DNA of 64,000 nt from Eutreptiella sp. 'Long Island Sound 2002' (Eukaryota; Protista; Euglenida): contig OZ038379.1 of NCBI GenBank assembly GCA_964036045.1, positions 2,108,001 through 2,172,000 of the forward strand, in the 5' to 3' direction. The position numbers were made by a program, and so were the translations under genes. The notes beneath the pieces were generated by a model. That model was not told the origin of the DNA, did not search any database, and saw only the letters and a program-made list of their open reading frames with translations. Positions 34,501-47,329 of this stretch are shown here, one piece after another. Position 1 is the stretch's first letter; each line of letters starts with the position of its first letter.

Positions 34501-37500
34501 CGGGGCCGCGCAGGCGGTGTGTTCAGGGGCGGGCATCTGCCTCATGGCTGGCCGCGATGGTGCCGCGGGGGCGCGCTGCGAGTGCTACGCCGGGTACGTG
34601 GGGCCCATGTGCGCGCGGCAGTGCCCCGGTGGCGCGCGGCTCCCGTGCCACGGGCACGGCCAGTGCGACCCCGCGGACGGACGCTGCGCCTGCGACGGAT
34701 CCGAGGCGCTGGGGCACTGGGCAGGGCCCGCGTGCGCGGAGTGCGCGGTCGGGTTCTCGGGCCCGCGCTGCCGCTCACGGTGTCCTGCGGGGGCGGGTGC
34801 GGAGCCGTGCTCGGGGTACCGCTGCGTGGATGGGGTGTGTGACTGCCGCGCGGGCGGGCCCGGCGTCTGCGGGCACGCCTGCCAAATCACGGGGGTTGAG
34901 GCGTGCGCGGCCCTCGCCTGCCAGACCGGCTGGTCGAAGGCGTGGTGCTCCACACGCTGCGCCACGGGGCCTGGCGCGGCGGTCTGCAGCGGGCACGGCC
35001 TGTGTCCGGAGGCGGTGTACGGGGACGGGCTGTGCCACTGTGACCCCGGGTACGCCGGTGAGAGCTGCAGCGTGGAGTGCCCAGGGGGGGCGGCGGCGCC
35101 GTGCTCCGGCTTGGGCGTGTGCGACCCCGCCACGGGGGCCTGCACGTGCTACCCGGGCTTTGCCGGGCCGGACTGCAGCGCGCCGTGCCCCTTCTCCGAG
35201 GGCCGGGTTTGCAGCGGGCATGGGCGCTGCAACGACACGGCCGCGGGGGACGGGACATGCGCGTGCGACCTGGGGTTTGCGGGGCAGGGCTGCGCGGTGC
35301 TGTGCCCCGGCGCCACTCCGGAGGACCCCCGCGGCTGCAGTGGGCACGGGCGGTGCGTCCAGGCCAGTGCGAAGTGCGTGTGCGTCGGTGACGCGGCCCG
35401 GGGGCACTGGGCTGGCACGGCGTGCGACGCGTGCGCGGACGGGTACTTCGGGCCGGGCTGTGACCGGGAGTGCGTGCACGGCCGCACCGCGGGGGCCGTC
35501 TGCGTCTGTCTGCCGGGGTACGGCACCGCCAACTGCAGCGCCGTGTGCCCGGGGCCCGCGGAGGCCCGCTGCCACGGGCACGGGGTGTGCCGGGACGGCC
35601 ACGCCGCGGACGGGACCTGCGCGTGCGACGCGCGGTGGTACACCGCCGACTGCTCGGTGCACTGCGACCCGGCCGCCTGCTTCAGGGGCCCGGCGTACCC
35701 GGAGCCCCACGCGCAGTGCCACCCCCGCACGGGGCAGTGCGAGTGCCTCCGGGACGATCGGGGGGGGCACTGGGCCGGGCCGGCGTGCACCGAGTGCCTC
35801 GTGGGGTACTGGGGCCTGCTCTGCGCCAAGCCCTGCCCCTGCCACGGCCACGGCGGGTGCGGGCGGCTCGACGGCGTGTGCGAGTGCTTCCGGGACGAGG
35901 GGCGGGGGTTCTGGGGCGGGCCGGAGTGCGGGGCGTGCGCCGAGGGGTACCTGGAGCCGGCCTGCAAGGCCCGGAATGTGGGGATCCCCCGGCCGCGCGA
36001 GGCGCTCCTGATGGCGGCCGGGGTGCGTGCGGTGGTGGCGGACCCGGCGTGGCGCCTGCTGTACACCGGGGGCACGCCGCTGCTGGTGCTCCACAGCGAC
36101 GACAGCCGCCCCGCCGCGGCGCTGCCGCTCAACGGGACTGTGCGGTCCGGGTTCGTCACCGCGGACTCGGTGGTGCTGATGGTGGTGGGGCCCGACGAGA
36201 TGGACGTGCGCGTGCACGCGATCAGCCGTGGGCCTGAGCCGACGGTGTTGAGCACGATCCCAGTGGAGCGGCCCCGGGAGCGGCCCATGGGGGCCCTCGC
36301 CGCTGCGCCGGACGCTCCCGTGGCCGCGGCCGGCGGGACCATGGAGACGTTCGAGCTGCACTCCCTCGTGCACGTTTTCCTGTTCCGCAGCGGCGTCGCG
36401 CGCGTCACCGTGTGGGCCCGCGACGGAGCCCTCGTCGACCGCCACGTGCTCACCGCCGCCGAGTTGCAGCTCGACACCATCCGCAGCCTCACGCTGCACG
36501 GGGCCGCAGGGGGGGCGCCGGGCCTCCTCCTCGCGGGCTCCCACGGCAATATGTGGCAGCTCACGCTGGTCCCACTGCCGCTGCCCGGCGCCCCCGTCCC
36601 CCTCCGGGCCTGGCTGTCCCTTCCGGTGTGCGCCCCGCCAACCCCGTGCCTGAGTGCCACTGCGGCAGCCCCCAGCCCCACGGGGGGCCTTTACGTGGCC
36701 CTCGAGCAGGCTCGCGGTTTGGTCGTCGCCAAGGTGGACCCCGCGACGCGCCGTGTGGACCGCAGCGTGGCGGTGGAGGGGGTGGGGCCCGGGGCCGGGG
36801 TGACGGGACTGGCGGTGGATCCCGTGACTGGGTCGCTGTTCGTGGCGGTGCGCGCGCGCGCGCTGCCCTCGGTGGTCTACAAGCTCAACGGGACGACACT
36901 GCTGCTGTACGGACTGCTGCGGCTGCGCTCCCGTGGGGGGCACGACGAGGCGGTGCACAGCCTGCACCCCGACGCCCCCCTGCGGCGGCTGTACGCCCTC
37001 GGCAGCCTCAATGCCCAGCCCCTCCTCATCACGCTTCTCATGTACGCCGTGTCGAGCGTCGACCCCCTGCTGGCGGATGCGCAGGGCGGGGCGCGGGTGC
37101 ATGTCACCGGGGAGGGCTTCGCGGACCTCGGCGATACCGCGTGCGTGTTTGCCCACGGGGCGGAGGCCCCCGCCACGGTGCTCTCCCCGCGCGCCGCGGC
37201 GTGCTACGCGCCTGCGACGAACGCGACTTCGGACGACTGCCAGGCGGAGGCGGTGGAGCTGCGGCTTGCGCCGGGGCTGCCAACCGACAACCGTGTGGGC
37301 CTGCGCCGGACCGCGACCCCATCCATCCTCGGCGTGTCGCCGGCGCGCGGGTACCACAGCGAGGCCCAGTGGGTGCGGGTCGAGGGCTACGGGTTCCTCC
37401 GGTCGCCTCAGATGCGGTGCCGGTTTGCGGCCGCACAGGGGCCCTCCGCCACGGTCCACGGCCCGGGGCATGTGCAGTACCTCTCGAGCACCGAGATCCG

Positions 37501-40500
37501 GTGCCGGCAGCCCGTCGTGGAGGGGCCGTTCCCGCTCCCCAGCGTTTTGGAGGTGTCGATGGATGGCCAGACCTTCACCAAAAGCCTCATCGCGTACGCC
37601 ATCGTGGGTCCCCCAGTGGCCCTGGAGGCCAGCCGCCCCGCCCTCACTGTAAAGGCCGCGTCGGCCACGGCCGTCCGCAACGTCACGGTCTACTCCCGCG
37701 ATCGCTGGGGCCACCGCGTCCTGGGGTACGACCGGGGGCGGGACCCCGCCCGCTGCGAGGTCCGCGCGCGCGCGAGCGGCGCCGTGCTGCCGGTTACCGG
37801 GGACATGGCGCGGTTTCAGGACGGGCGGGTCGCTTTCCCTGGGCTCACGCTGCGGCGGCCGAAGGTGGGGCAGTATGAGCTGCGCGTGACCTCCGCGCTG
37901 GGGAGCACGGAGCCCCCTGTGACGGTCTACGTCGTGGAAGGGGACCCCGTGGCGCTGCACGTTCTGCGGGAGCCATCCCCCGAGACCGACAGCGCGGGGC
38001 CGCTGGTGGACCAGCCGGTGTTGGAGCTGCGGGATGGGGCTGCAAATCCGGTGCTGAGCCCCGCGGCCCGAGCCCTGTCCGTGCACGCCCACGTGCGACC
38101 GGCCCCGGCCCCGGGGGCGCCGGCAGAGGCATTCTTCGTCGAGGGGGCGTTCCGGTTCCGGGGCGTCGCGGTCACCGCGGCGCACGGCGTCACGTACCGG
38201 CTGCTCTTCGCGCTGGCGACTGGCGGGTTGGCGCTGCCCAACGTCACGTCGCGCGCCATCCGGGCCAAGCCGTGCCCTGGGGACCGCTTCTTCATCGCGG
38301 GGCAGACCGCGTGCCGCGCGTGCCCCGACGGGGCCGTCTGCAACGGGACCGACGTATTGGTGACGCAGCCCAACCGCTGGCGGTCGGCCGGGACGCTGCA
38401 CTTCCTCCCCTGCGCCGATGTCGTGGGGGCCGCCGGCCCCCCCTGCCTCGCGGGGGTCCCCCACGCCGCCTGCTCCGCCGGGTTCACCGGCCCCCTCTGC
38501 GCCGTCTGCCGGCCGGGCCACGCCGGGGCGGCGTGCGCGGCGTGCCCCTCGGCGCCGGCCCTCGCCGTGATCGCGTCCCTCCTCGGCTTCAACGCGGTCC
38601 TCGCGGTGGTCACCCTCCAGGCGTTCCGCGCCGACCCGGCCGCGCGGAAGCACGCGGTCTCGGTCGTGTTCAAGATCGCGGTCACCTACGCCCAGACCCT
38701 CAGCATCCTCCACCCGGTCCTCCCCCAGCCCGCGGTCCGGCGCGCGTTCCGGGCGTTCGAGGGGCCCGCGAGCTTCCAGCTGCCGGCCACCAGCATCGCG
38801 TGCCTGTTCCCGGCCGTCGACACCTACGCGCTGTTCTACTGCAACATGGGGGTCCCGGTGCTGGGGGTGGCCCTGGCGCTGCTCGTGCTCTGGTACGACC
38901 GCTCCGTCGGCTGCGTGCACTCCCTGCGGCTCGCGGCCATGCACCCGGCCCAGCGCGCCAAGGCCCGGGGCCGGAGCTTCACGCGCGGCCGCGGGGTCCT
39001 CAGCATCCTCCTGCTGGCGCTCAGCGTGGCCCTGTACTTCCTCTACCCCTCCCTCATGCTGCAGAACATGCGGGTCCAGAAGTGCACCCGGTACGACTTC
39101 GGCGCGCCGGTCGCCGCCGGGCCGCAGCCGGGGCAGTGGTACAACGTGCGCCGGTTCCTTGCCACGGACCACTCTGTGGACTGCGACGGCCCCGGGTACC
39201 GGCGCCTGCGGGCGGTGAGCGGCCTCTTCATGGTCGGCTACGGGCTGGGGGTGCCCGCCGCCTTCTTCGCCGGGGGGCACTTCCTCCGCAAGGTCCGGGG
39301 GGGCCTGGAGCAGGAGACGTTCGCGTTCATAGTGGCGGGGTTCCGGCGGGAGTGCCGGTACTGGGAGGTCCTCCACATGGCCCGCAAGTCCCTCGTCATC
39401 GCCGCCGTGACGTTCGTGGCGGACGAGCGGCTGCGGATCTACTGCGCGATGTGGACGCTCGCGGCGTGCCTGGCGCTGCAGCACCGGTACCAGCCCTTTG
39501 AGGCGGCCGTGGCGAATCGGTTGGAGGCGGGGTCGCTCTGGGTGCTCACCATCACCCTCAACGCGAGTCTGCTGGCGCTCACGCCGTACCTGGCGGCCCG
39601 CGCGGACGGCGTCCTGGACGTCGCCCTCGCCGTGGGCGTCCTCGTCCTGCAGGGCGCGCTGCTGCTGGGGTTCGCCCTGGCGGTCTCCGTGGAACTCTGG
39701 GGGCTTCTGGTCGGGAAATGGAGGGCGTGGGCGGCCCAGAGGGATGCCGCCGCGCGCCGACCGGCGGCCACCCGCCCCCACAGCGCCGCCGCGCCGCCAG
39801 CGGTCGGTGCGGGAGTCGAACCGGCGCCACCCTCCGATGACGACGTCCCCAGACGCACGTCCACGAGCGACTTCGAGGCGCTCAACGTGCAGCTCCACGG
39901 GGCACAGTTCATGCGGACTTCCGCCGCTCGGGCCCTGAGGCTTTCAGAGATCGAGCTTGCGGGGGACCCGGCCAAGCGGCCCCTCCCCGATGCCGAACCC
40001 GGTGCCCCCGAACTGGCCCCCGGCACCTCCGCCGGCCCGTCGGATGCGTCCCATGCGCACGCGGAGCCGTCTCCGTCGAAGGGTCGACGGGGGTCCGGAG
40101 GTGGGGCCCCGAGTTATATCCGTGACTCCGCCCTGCCTTCGGGGCTGTCCCCAGTGGCCCCGGTCGGGGGGGCATGGGCAGGGGGAGGGGCCGGCCCAGT
40201 CTCCGGGGCAGACGCAGCCGCGAGCCCCGGCACAACGGACGCCCGCCGCCGCTGGAGTGCCCGGCCCGCCCCCTCCGAAGCGGCCCCCCGGGCCTCCAGC
40301 CCCGCCTCCAACTCGAGCACCAGCTCCTCCTGGTCCTCCGGGGGGGTCACGTGCTTCGAGGTCGCGCAGCTGCAGGACCTGCTGCCGGCCCTCGGGTGGT
40401 CCTGGAGCCCCCGGGCCTCTCCCTCCCGCTCGTGGGGCCGCAGGTCCTGGGCGCCACCCCTGTCATCCCGGCGCCCCGTGGACGTCGAGGGCCCGGGCCC

Positions 40501-41155
40501 CGCGGCGGCGGCGGGAGGCGGCCGGGGGGTCCCCCTGCACTTCTCCTCTCTGCCGGCATTCGACCGGCCCTGGGCCGGGGCCGGGCCGAGCCCCCCGGGC
40601 GCGCAGCCACCCGCAATGGCCGCCGCAGGCGCCGCCCGGCGGGCGGTCGCTGGCCCGCCGCCCTCGCCGCACGCGCGTTCCTGTCCGTCGTCCAGCCGGT
40701 CCGATTCGCCCCCATCGGCCCCGTGGGACTCGCCCGCGGCGTCGGAGGCGTCGCCGGTGCTGCCGCACTGCCCGGGAGGCGACCCGTGGGCCGGGCGCGT
40801 GCTGCCCCGCCCCCCGCTCGGCCCGGTCGTCCCATGGCTCCCCTTGGGGTCCAGTGCCCGGACCGGGGGGGCAGGCACCCCCTGCACCGGCAGCGCCGTG
40901 TTGCAGTCGGGCGCCTCCCCCGGGGGCCGCGCGTCTGGCGGCGGGGCCGCGGCGGTCGAGAGTGGCCGGTGGGCGCGGGACATGGCGGAGGCAAGCGGCA
41001 CCGCGGCGCTGTCGGGGTTTCCTGCTGCACTGCGGGAGTCCCTCCCCAGCCCCAGCGCGTGCGGCGTCGCCCGGCCCCGGTCCTCGCCACCCGGCCATCC
41101 GCTCTTGCGGTCCCCTCCCGTACCCCCTCTCTCTTCGTCCTCTCACTCTCTGTGA
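19566..41155 (+). CDS. Giant receptor, exon 2 (21,590 bp; total protein ~7355 aa): pseudo-SGNH, 2 discoidin, mucin, REJ-like/GPS, TIG, laminin-EGF array, Ig-like, ~9 TM, disordered tail
   Basis: Uninterrupted ORF with strong GC3 bias and ordered, recognisable domain motifs; ends at TGA 41153-41155. Confidence 0.92.
19605..20205 (+). other. SGNH/GDSL (CE2-like) domain with catalytic residues substituted
   Basis: RRIEFIGDATTAGF (block I), AWSGYG (block II), NLGTSD (block III), CCGYPSVED (block V). Confidence 0.85.
20230..21030 (+). other. Two discoidin/F5-8 type C (CBM32-like) domains
   Basis: AFDGSKTTKW..WIGITF..YTLSSA..RDPKIW and AFDGLLSTAW..WIQVAY..YSISA..HDPRAW. Confidence 0.8.
21230..29340 (+). 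repeat. 354-bp (118-aa) Ser/Thr/Pro mucin-like coding repeat, ~23 near-identical copies
   Basis: Period of 354 read from recurring positions (21585, 21939, 22647, 23001 and onward). One unit near 26285 is 78 bp shorter (in frame), and the first unit is also truncated. Confidence 0.95.
31160..31280 (+). other. GPS (GAIN) autoproteolysis motif
   Basis: CVWWD..W..G..CNTTHLSAF, with the H-L|S triad at 31259-31267. Confidence 0.8.
31910..35970 (+). other. Array of roughly 30 laminin-type EGF-like modules
   Basis: Repeated CPG..CSGHGxC..CxC..GxWxG..C..C..G.xG..C. Confidence 0.9.
38560..39715 (+). other. Multi-pass (~9 TM) membrane domain, TRP-like/Flc-like protist family
   Basis: Nine hydrophobic segments, with KIAVTYAQ and FIVAGFRRECRYWEVLHMARKSL motifs. 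Confidence 0.7.
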
Positions 41156-43438
41156 GGCTGTGGTGACGTCCAAATCCTGAGCAGTTTGAATACCTGCAGG
41201 TGGCGGATGAAGTGAAAAAAAGGAATGAACAATGAAATAGACCAAAAGAATAAATTGCCAAATAGACAGATAAAACAAAGTAAAGCCCATTCCCCATTCG
41301 CTGGTGGAAAACAAATTAGCGCATTTTGGCAGCTGCGCAAATGGACCTGCAAAACAACCCAGTGGCCAGTTTAAGACATGGATTTTGTTCTCGTTCGGGG
41401 TTCTTGTTGCGGCTATGTGTAGCGTTACCGACCCCGCGAAAGACCGCTCTGCTGTTTTGTGCTCGTGCAGAGCTGCGGGGCACTCCGCCACGGCCGAGTG
41501 TTTGCACTCCGCAATGAAGATTATTGCCTTGTGGTGGATCTTCGTGAGTGGCGAGAAGTCGATTGACGCCGCCTACTGCCAGTTGAGCAGCAACATCTGA
41601 GGGCTTTGTCCCAACACCCCCCCTCCCCCCCGCCGCCGCCCGCATCTCACGCCCACGGGAGGGGGTCTGGGAGGCCGGACCCAAGAAAGTGGACCCGTGG
41701 ACTTTGGGGGGGGGGACTTTGGGGGGGGGGGGGGGTTGAAAGATATTGCGAACCTCAATTTCACAGCCGAAGGCGGTGGAACATTGCGTTACCCCCCACT
41801 TGTGTATAGTCCAACGACGCGCTGATCATTTTGAGCCACATATCTGTTGGTGTCCCCCCCCCCCCCCCCCGCCCCCGAGTTCACACCGATCCCTGGAGCA
41901 CCAGCAGCCATCATGTCCCCACCATCAATGGGCAAGCAATGTGGAGAAGTTCGTGCCAAAAACCTGAACACCTGCGAACACCCGGATGTATGTGTATAGG
42001 GCAAAGTACAGGGTACAAACGACCATAAAGCATGCCATAGGACATTCTGTGAGTACTTCTCATTGGTTGTAGCTCTACCGACTGGAGAACTGTGATGTGC
42101 GCAATGCGAAGCGCAGTGGAGTTGGCAGGCAGACGGGATATGACAGATTCATCGGCATGACTCGTTTCGGCACGTGCTGATCTCCTCATTGCACAGCATG
42201 ACCCGTATGGGAATAGTCCCCCCCCCCCCCCCGAAAAGAGACGGCAATGACTTCGCACTGGTCGGTCATGCCGTTTCAAGGTCAAGCCTTTATGGTAACC
42301 TTGCCCCTTGCGCTCGCACCACCAGGCGGTGCTTTCGTCCGTTTTGGAACCATGACATTTGATGTTTCCAAATGGGGTTCCGAATGGCGAAGGGTTGTGG
42401 TCGTGGGACTCGTGAGCTGGGCTGCAGGGCTTGTTTTCATGCTCCAAGCGTTCCCATATTGTCTCCCACAGTGCAGGATCTCCGTCCTTCTGCCCGGGTG
42501 CCCTCTCAAGTGCACCACGTGAACCAGCGAGGGCATGGACGGTGTACTTGTGGGCCTCGGTCCTGTGCGCAAGCACCGCGTTGCGCGCAGGGCCACTGGG
42601 CGGCGATTCCGTCGTTTTTCGAGAAATTTTGGTGCCCAGGCTGGTTCTGTGCAACACTGGTCAGGGGCAAATCGTGATGTGCAGTCTGTCTTTGTGCTGC
42701 CGTGCTTTACATGGAGGTGTTTCTCTTAGAGTACACCTTGGGATTGCGTACGCACCCAATGTATCCCCCCAACGGCCGTCGGGTGCTGCCTGGTGTGCTG
42801 TGCATTCGGCGAGGAGGTAGAGGAGTAGGGTCCTCGTGGCACGTTCCTATCGGACCTCATAACAATGCCCTTGCGACGGGATGGTAACGTACGCAAGACT
42901 GCCGATGCTGCTTCAATGCTCAAAGAATGCTGATGGAGCTTTGATTCGCGGCCCGCGGCCGTGGGGCCAGAAGCTTGCGCTTTCGAGGCGACGAAGGGGG
43001 AACGAGGAGCCATGGGGGACCCAGCAAGGGCAGACAGTGCATGTGTCTGTCCTTGGCCTCCCGGCGGCAGCACACATACGCTTTCAGAGTTGGTCTGCTG
43101 AGGGATGGTCAGCAGGGTGGCAAGGTCATGATGCCAGTGAGTGGGCAGCCCTGAAATGGGGACCATCATCGCGGTAGCATCATGAGCAGGCTCCCCGCCT
43201 CTCACAGTCATTCTCTCTCCTACTCTCAGACATCGTCTGGTTTTCCCTAACAGACAACAATGATTTCATACTGGGCATTCATGCCGGTCTAAGGTGAAGC
43301 CTTTATGGCAGGCTCTGCCCCCCCCCCTCCATTAATTTTCCCCGGCTGTTGCGGTTAGCCGAGCAGGCTCCCCACCTCTCGCACTTTTTTTGAACCCGCC
43401 CCCTGCGCCGCCCAATGAGTGGACAACCAACCCACCTA

Positions 43439-43510
43439 CCCACGCATGGAGGATTCCCTCCTCAAAAGGTGAACACGTAAGTGCACCCGGAAGTACCAAC
43501 TGGCATACTC
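43439..43510 (-). repeat. ~70-bp interspersed repeat; other copies at 57263-57333 and 60867-60933 (+)
   Basis: Shared GAGTATGC..GTTGGTACTTCCGGGT..CACCTTTTGA.GAGGGAATCCTCCA. Confidence 0.75.
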
Positions 43511-45744
43511 TTTCAGCCTTTGTGGCAAGCTCCCCAACCCCCCACTATTCTCCCGCACCTGGTCACTTTGCCAGCGCTGGTCGAAACGCTTGGGGCGCTG
43601 TGAACTAGTTCGACTAGCCTGGCCGCTTCTGTTGTCTTGCACACCTGGATCAATCTGAATGGTTTGGGCTGGGAATCTGGTCGCTACCAACCCAATCCCC
43701 CCCCCCCCCCGGGCTGTTGGCTTGCGCGGATGCCTGGCCTCTCGGTGTGCTCAATCAAGCCATAGTGAAAACCACGATGGCCTTCTTCTCGAGTGGTTTG
43801 CTTTTCAATAAATTCATAGTCTTGGTCAAATGTTCCTTCAGCAAAGCACTGTGATTTCTTGATGAGAAGAACCGACATATGGTCTCAATAATCCAGCCAC
43901 GAATCTCCGCAAGATTCCACTTGTGCTGCAAGTGCTGAAATTTTCACAAACAGTCATGTTTTGCCTTTGTGTTTTTGGGGTTCGTGATATGTTCTTTCGC
44001 AGTCCTCTTTTCCTTGTCGTCGATTGGTTCACGACACAACTGGCACCACATACCGTCACCTGAACTTCCATCTCATCACAGAAGTGCTGTGTTCAAAGCA
44101 GTCATTTTGGCCCCATTGTTCCACTTTCATGGAAACTCACGGACGATCAGAGATTGGGTTCGGTCTGTCGGGGATTTCCCGTGGAGGATGGCAGTCAGGC
44201 AGCGTGAAAAGATGACTAGACAGCGGATTTCCAGTGCCTGGGGCGGATGTTCACCAGCTTTAGATCCAACAACCTGCCCTGTGATCGCACAGTGCATGTC
44301 CCCTGGTGGCACTGTCACTGTAGGTTTGGGGGCACCGTCACTTTTGCGGTGGTCCCCCACTGGGAACCGTTGCACGCTCCTTGGAACTTCCAATGTTCCG
44401 CCATCTGCTGCTGGGTGTGACCTGATGGACGCAGGTGTATTTTGTATGAATGCTTGATGTACCCCGCCCCCCCAGACATGATGTTCTGTTTTCTGTTTCA
44501 GACACAGTGTGTGTCTTGAGGTTCAACCAGGTTTGGCATAGAGAATAAAGATGCACTTATGCCTTACTGTGGAGTGCATTACCTCTGGTTTGCATTTGTC
44601 TGTTTTTTTTAATTAGGTCTCACCCCCCCCCTGTCCAGACTACGGTCTTGTCCAGACTACGAATGTTAGTGGCCCTCGCCTGCTTATGCATCTGAACTAT
44701 GAAAGTGAGGGGTTTAGTACGGATGTAAGCGACACGCGCCGGAAGCGTCGCAAGGGCAAGGGAGGGGTTAATCATGAGTAATTCTGATGTGCCTGAAGGC
44801 GCAGTTCTGACCTGAAACCCAATCGGTGGGGGCGCCAGTGGCGCATCTCTGAACAATTTGCACAATGTGTGTCGGCGCCGTACGGCGCCTTGCTGGACAG
44901 CTTGGACAACTTGTGCCGCGCCTCCGCTGCGATGAGACCTGTCGTACTGTTGAGAATGCCAGAGTGATTCTGGAGGGTGACGACCATCGTCGATCTATGG
45001 CCAGACTACTACGGTATTGTCCAAGCTACAGCGGGCACAGGGACCGTATTAATATGGGGCCTAATTTGATTCGGCACCAATTTTGCTGCAACCACATAAG
45101 ACAAGGGTTTGGGGTCAATATGGCACATTTGCGGGCTGAGGGACATTTGAGTTGTTCTTGCCTGCCCCTTGGTGCCCACAACTGCCCATCCTGACCCTTT
45201 GCTTGGAACCAGCACCACACTTCCCATTTCCATGTGCTGTGTGCAAGCTACGGCCTTGTCTAAGCTACAGTAGGTGTAGGGACTTTTGCGTAGCTACGAC
45301 AAAGGCGGCGGGCGGGGTCAAGGTTTCAGGGTAAAGGGTAAAGGTTGGCATCAATATCTGCATCCCACAGTGGGGCGGGGTATCTTCGGTGCCGGGGTGT
45401 CTGGGTGTCAAATGACGGTCCTCTTCAGATGCCTTTTGGAAGACAAGTTGTCATAAATATTGGCTCCAGCGTAACAGGTGCGATGCGGCGTTGTTGTATA
45501 AGGCAAGCACCTCATCACTACCAAAGCCATTGAAGTGAGCTGTGTTCTATAATACATCATTTTGCTCCTTGGCTTCTGGGAGGTGTGTTTTCCTGTTGAC
45601 CCCTTGGGCAATTACATGGTAATACATGCCCTCTCTGGCCGGACCCATGCACCTTGTAGCTGGGTTCGGTTTGTATCATGTGTAAGGATGCTTGATCTTG
45701 ATCTTCCCTTGATGACTGCACACGTACATGCACCTGAAAGACTT

Positions 45745-46253
45745 TGGAGTGGTGCATAAAGCGGCACAGCATCAGTTGTTTCGCAACAGTTTGATGTGCT
45801 CTGAAGACGACTGTTGGTATCAATGCGCATGAGGAAATCCATCTTTCTGTGTGGATCTGCTTAGACTGTTCCTTCTGCAGGTATGGCAGAGATCTCAGGC
45901 ATAGTGTCTTCTCGCTGCAATGGTTGTGTGGGTGAGGATGTGGGGAATTTAGGCGCCCGCACCAAACTCATGGTCAAGGGCTTTCACATCGGTGCAAAGA
46001 TCTTAAAGCTCTTTTTGTGCATTCTGTGTGGAAAACGGCTTTGCTGATGCATTGTTGGGATTATTGTGCCTCTGACATGAGCTGTGCATATTTTGGCATG
46101 GCTGCTGAAGGTGTGAAAGGTGTTAATGATTGATGCCTCTATTGTGGGAGAACGGTCCTCTTCAGGCTTTGTTTTTGCCCATGGGCTCTAATAACGCACG
46201 GTGCAGAGTGTAATGTGTGCATGCTCTTGGATTGCTGTGTGCTTGGTGGAGGC
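45745..46253 (+). repeat. 509-bp direct duplication, copy 1 (copy 2 at 46821-47329)
   Basis: Near-identical from TGGAGTGGTGCATAAAGCGG to GTGCTTGGTGGAGGC. Confidence 0.95.
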
Positions 46254-46798
46254 CCTTGCGCAAACAACGCCGATGTCCAATCCACGCGAGGTGTTGTTTC
46301 CGCAATTTTTGGAACCATTGAATTTGGTGGTTCCATTTTCTGGTTTTGGGTGACGGTCTAGGTTTTTCAGTGATTTTGGGGCTGGGGATGGTTGTCTTTC
46401 ACAGACGTTGTTTGCTGTGTTGTGTGTCATCAGAGCTGGCTTCATCAGAACTGCATTGGATCCCAAGCCTGCCCTCAAGCATGTGCAGAATTATGGTGTG
46501 CGGTGTATTTATGGCAAAGGCTTCACAGCTGAGCTTTTTTAGCATTTGAATGTTTTTCTGCAGGCTGCAGTGCCCCAACTGTGGGCCTTGTCAACAGATT
46601 GTGAACCGTACATGCCTATTTCAGGAAGCAACATTGCATGGGCCTCCACAGACATGAATGTCTCGACGTCAATGATGTACCCTTTCCTTTCACTGCTTGT
46701 GTCTTCTGAGGGCGCGTGTAGACAACACCTTTGTCCAAACAACGCGAGGTGTTGTTTCCGCAACTTTTTGGAACTTTACCTTTGTTTGCGCAGGGGGG
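46253..46798. mobile_element. MITE-like element related to 18338-18710
   Basis: Ends CCCTTGCGCAAACA and TGTTTGCGCAGGGGGG. Shares the internal AGGTGTTGTTTCCGCAA..TTTGGAAC segments. Confidence 0.55.
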
Positions 46799-46820
46799 TA
46801 TGATATTGCCCCTTGGCTTC

Positions 46821-47329
46821 TGGAGTGGTGCATAAAGCGGCACAGCGTCAGTTGTTTCGCAACGGTTTGATGTGCTCTGAAGAGAACTGTTGGTATCAAT
46901 GCGCATGAGGAAATCCATCTTTCTGTGTTGATCTGCTTAGACTGTTCCTTGTGCAGGTTTGGCAGAGATCTCAGGCATAGTGTCTTCTCGGCTGCACTGG
47001 TTGTGTGGGTGAGGATGTGGGGAATTTAGGCGCCCGCACCAAACTCATGGTCAAGGGCTTTCACATAGGTGCAAAGATCTTAAAGCTCTTTTTGTGCATT
47101 CTGTGTGGAAAACGGCTTTGCTGATGCATTGTTGGGATTATTGTGCCTCTGACATGAGCTGTGCATATTTGTCATGGCTGCTGAAGGTGTGAAAGGTGTT
47201 AATGATTGATGCCTCTATTGTGGGAGAACGGTCCTCTTCAGGCTTTGTTTTTGCCCATGGGCTCTAATAACGCACGGTGCAGAGTGTAATGTGTGCATGC
47301 TCTTGGATTGCTGTGTGCTTGGTGGAGGC
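46821..47329 (+). repeat. 509-bp direct duplication, copy 2
   Basis: Near-identical to 45745-46253. Confidence 0.95.

Noticed and set aside
29729-41491. Many long overlapping ORFs (up to 1707 aa) on both strands
   Set aside because: Expected in very GC-rich coding DNA. They are R/A/G/P-rich with no motifs.
45320-45345. Telomere-like AGGGTAAAGGGTAAAGG, and CTAACC-like words near 54012-54035
   Set aside because: Only 2-3 imperfect units, too short to call an interstitial telomere or a Helentron microsatellite.
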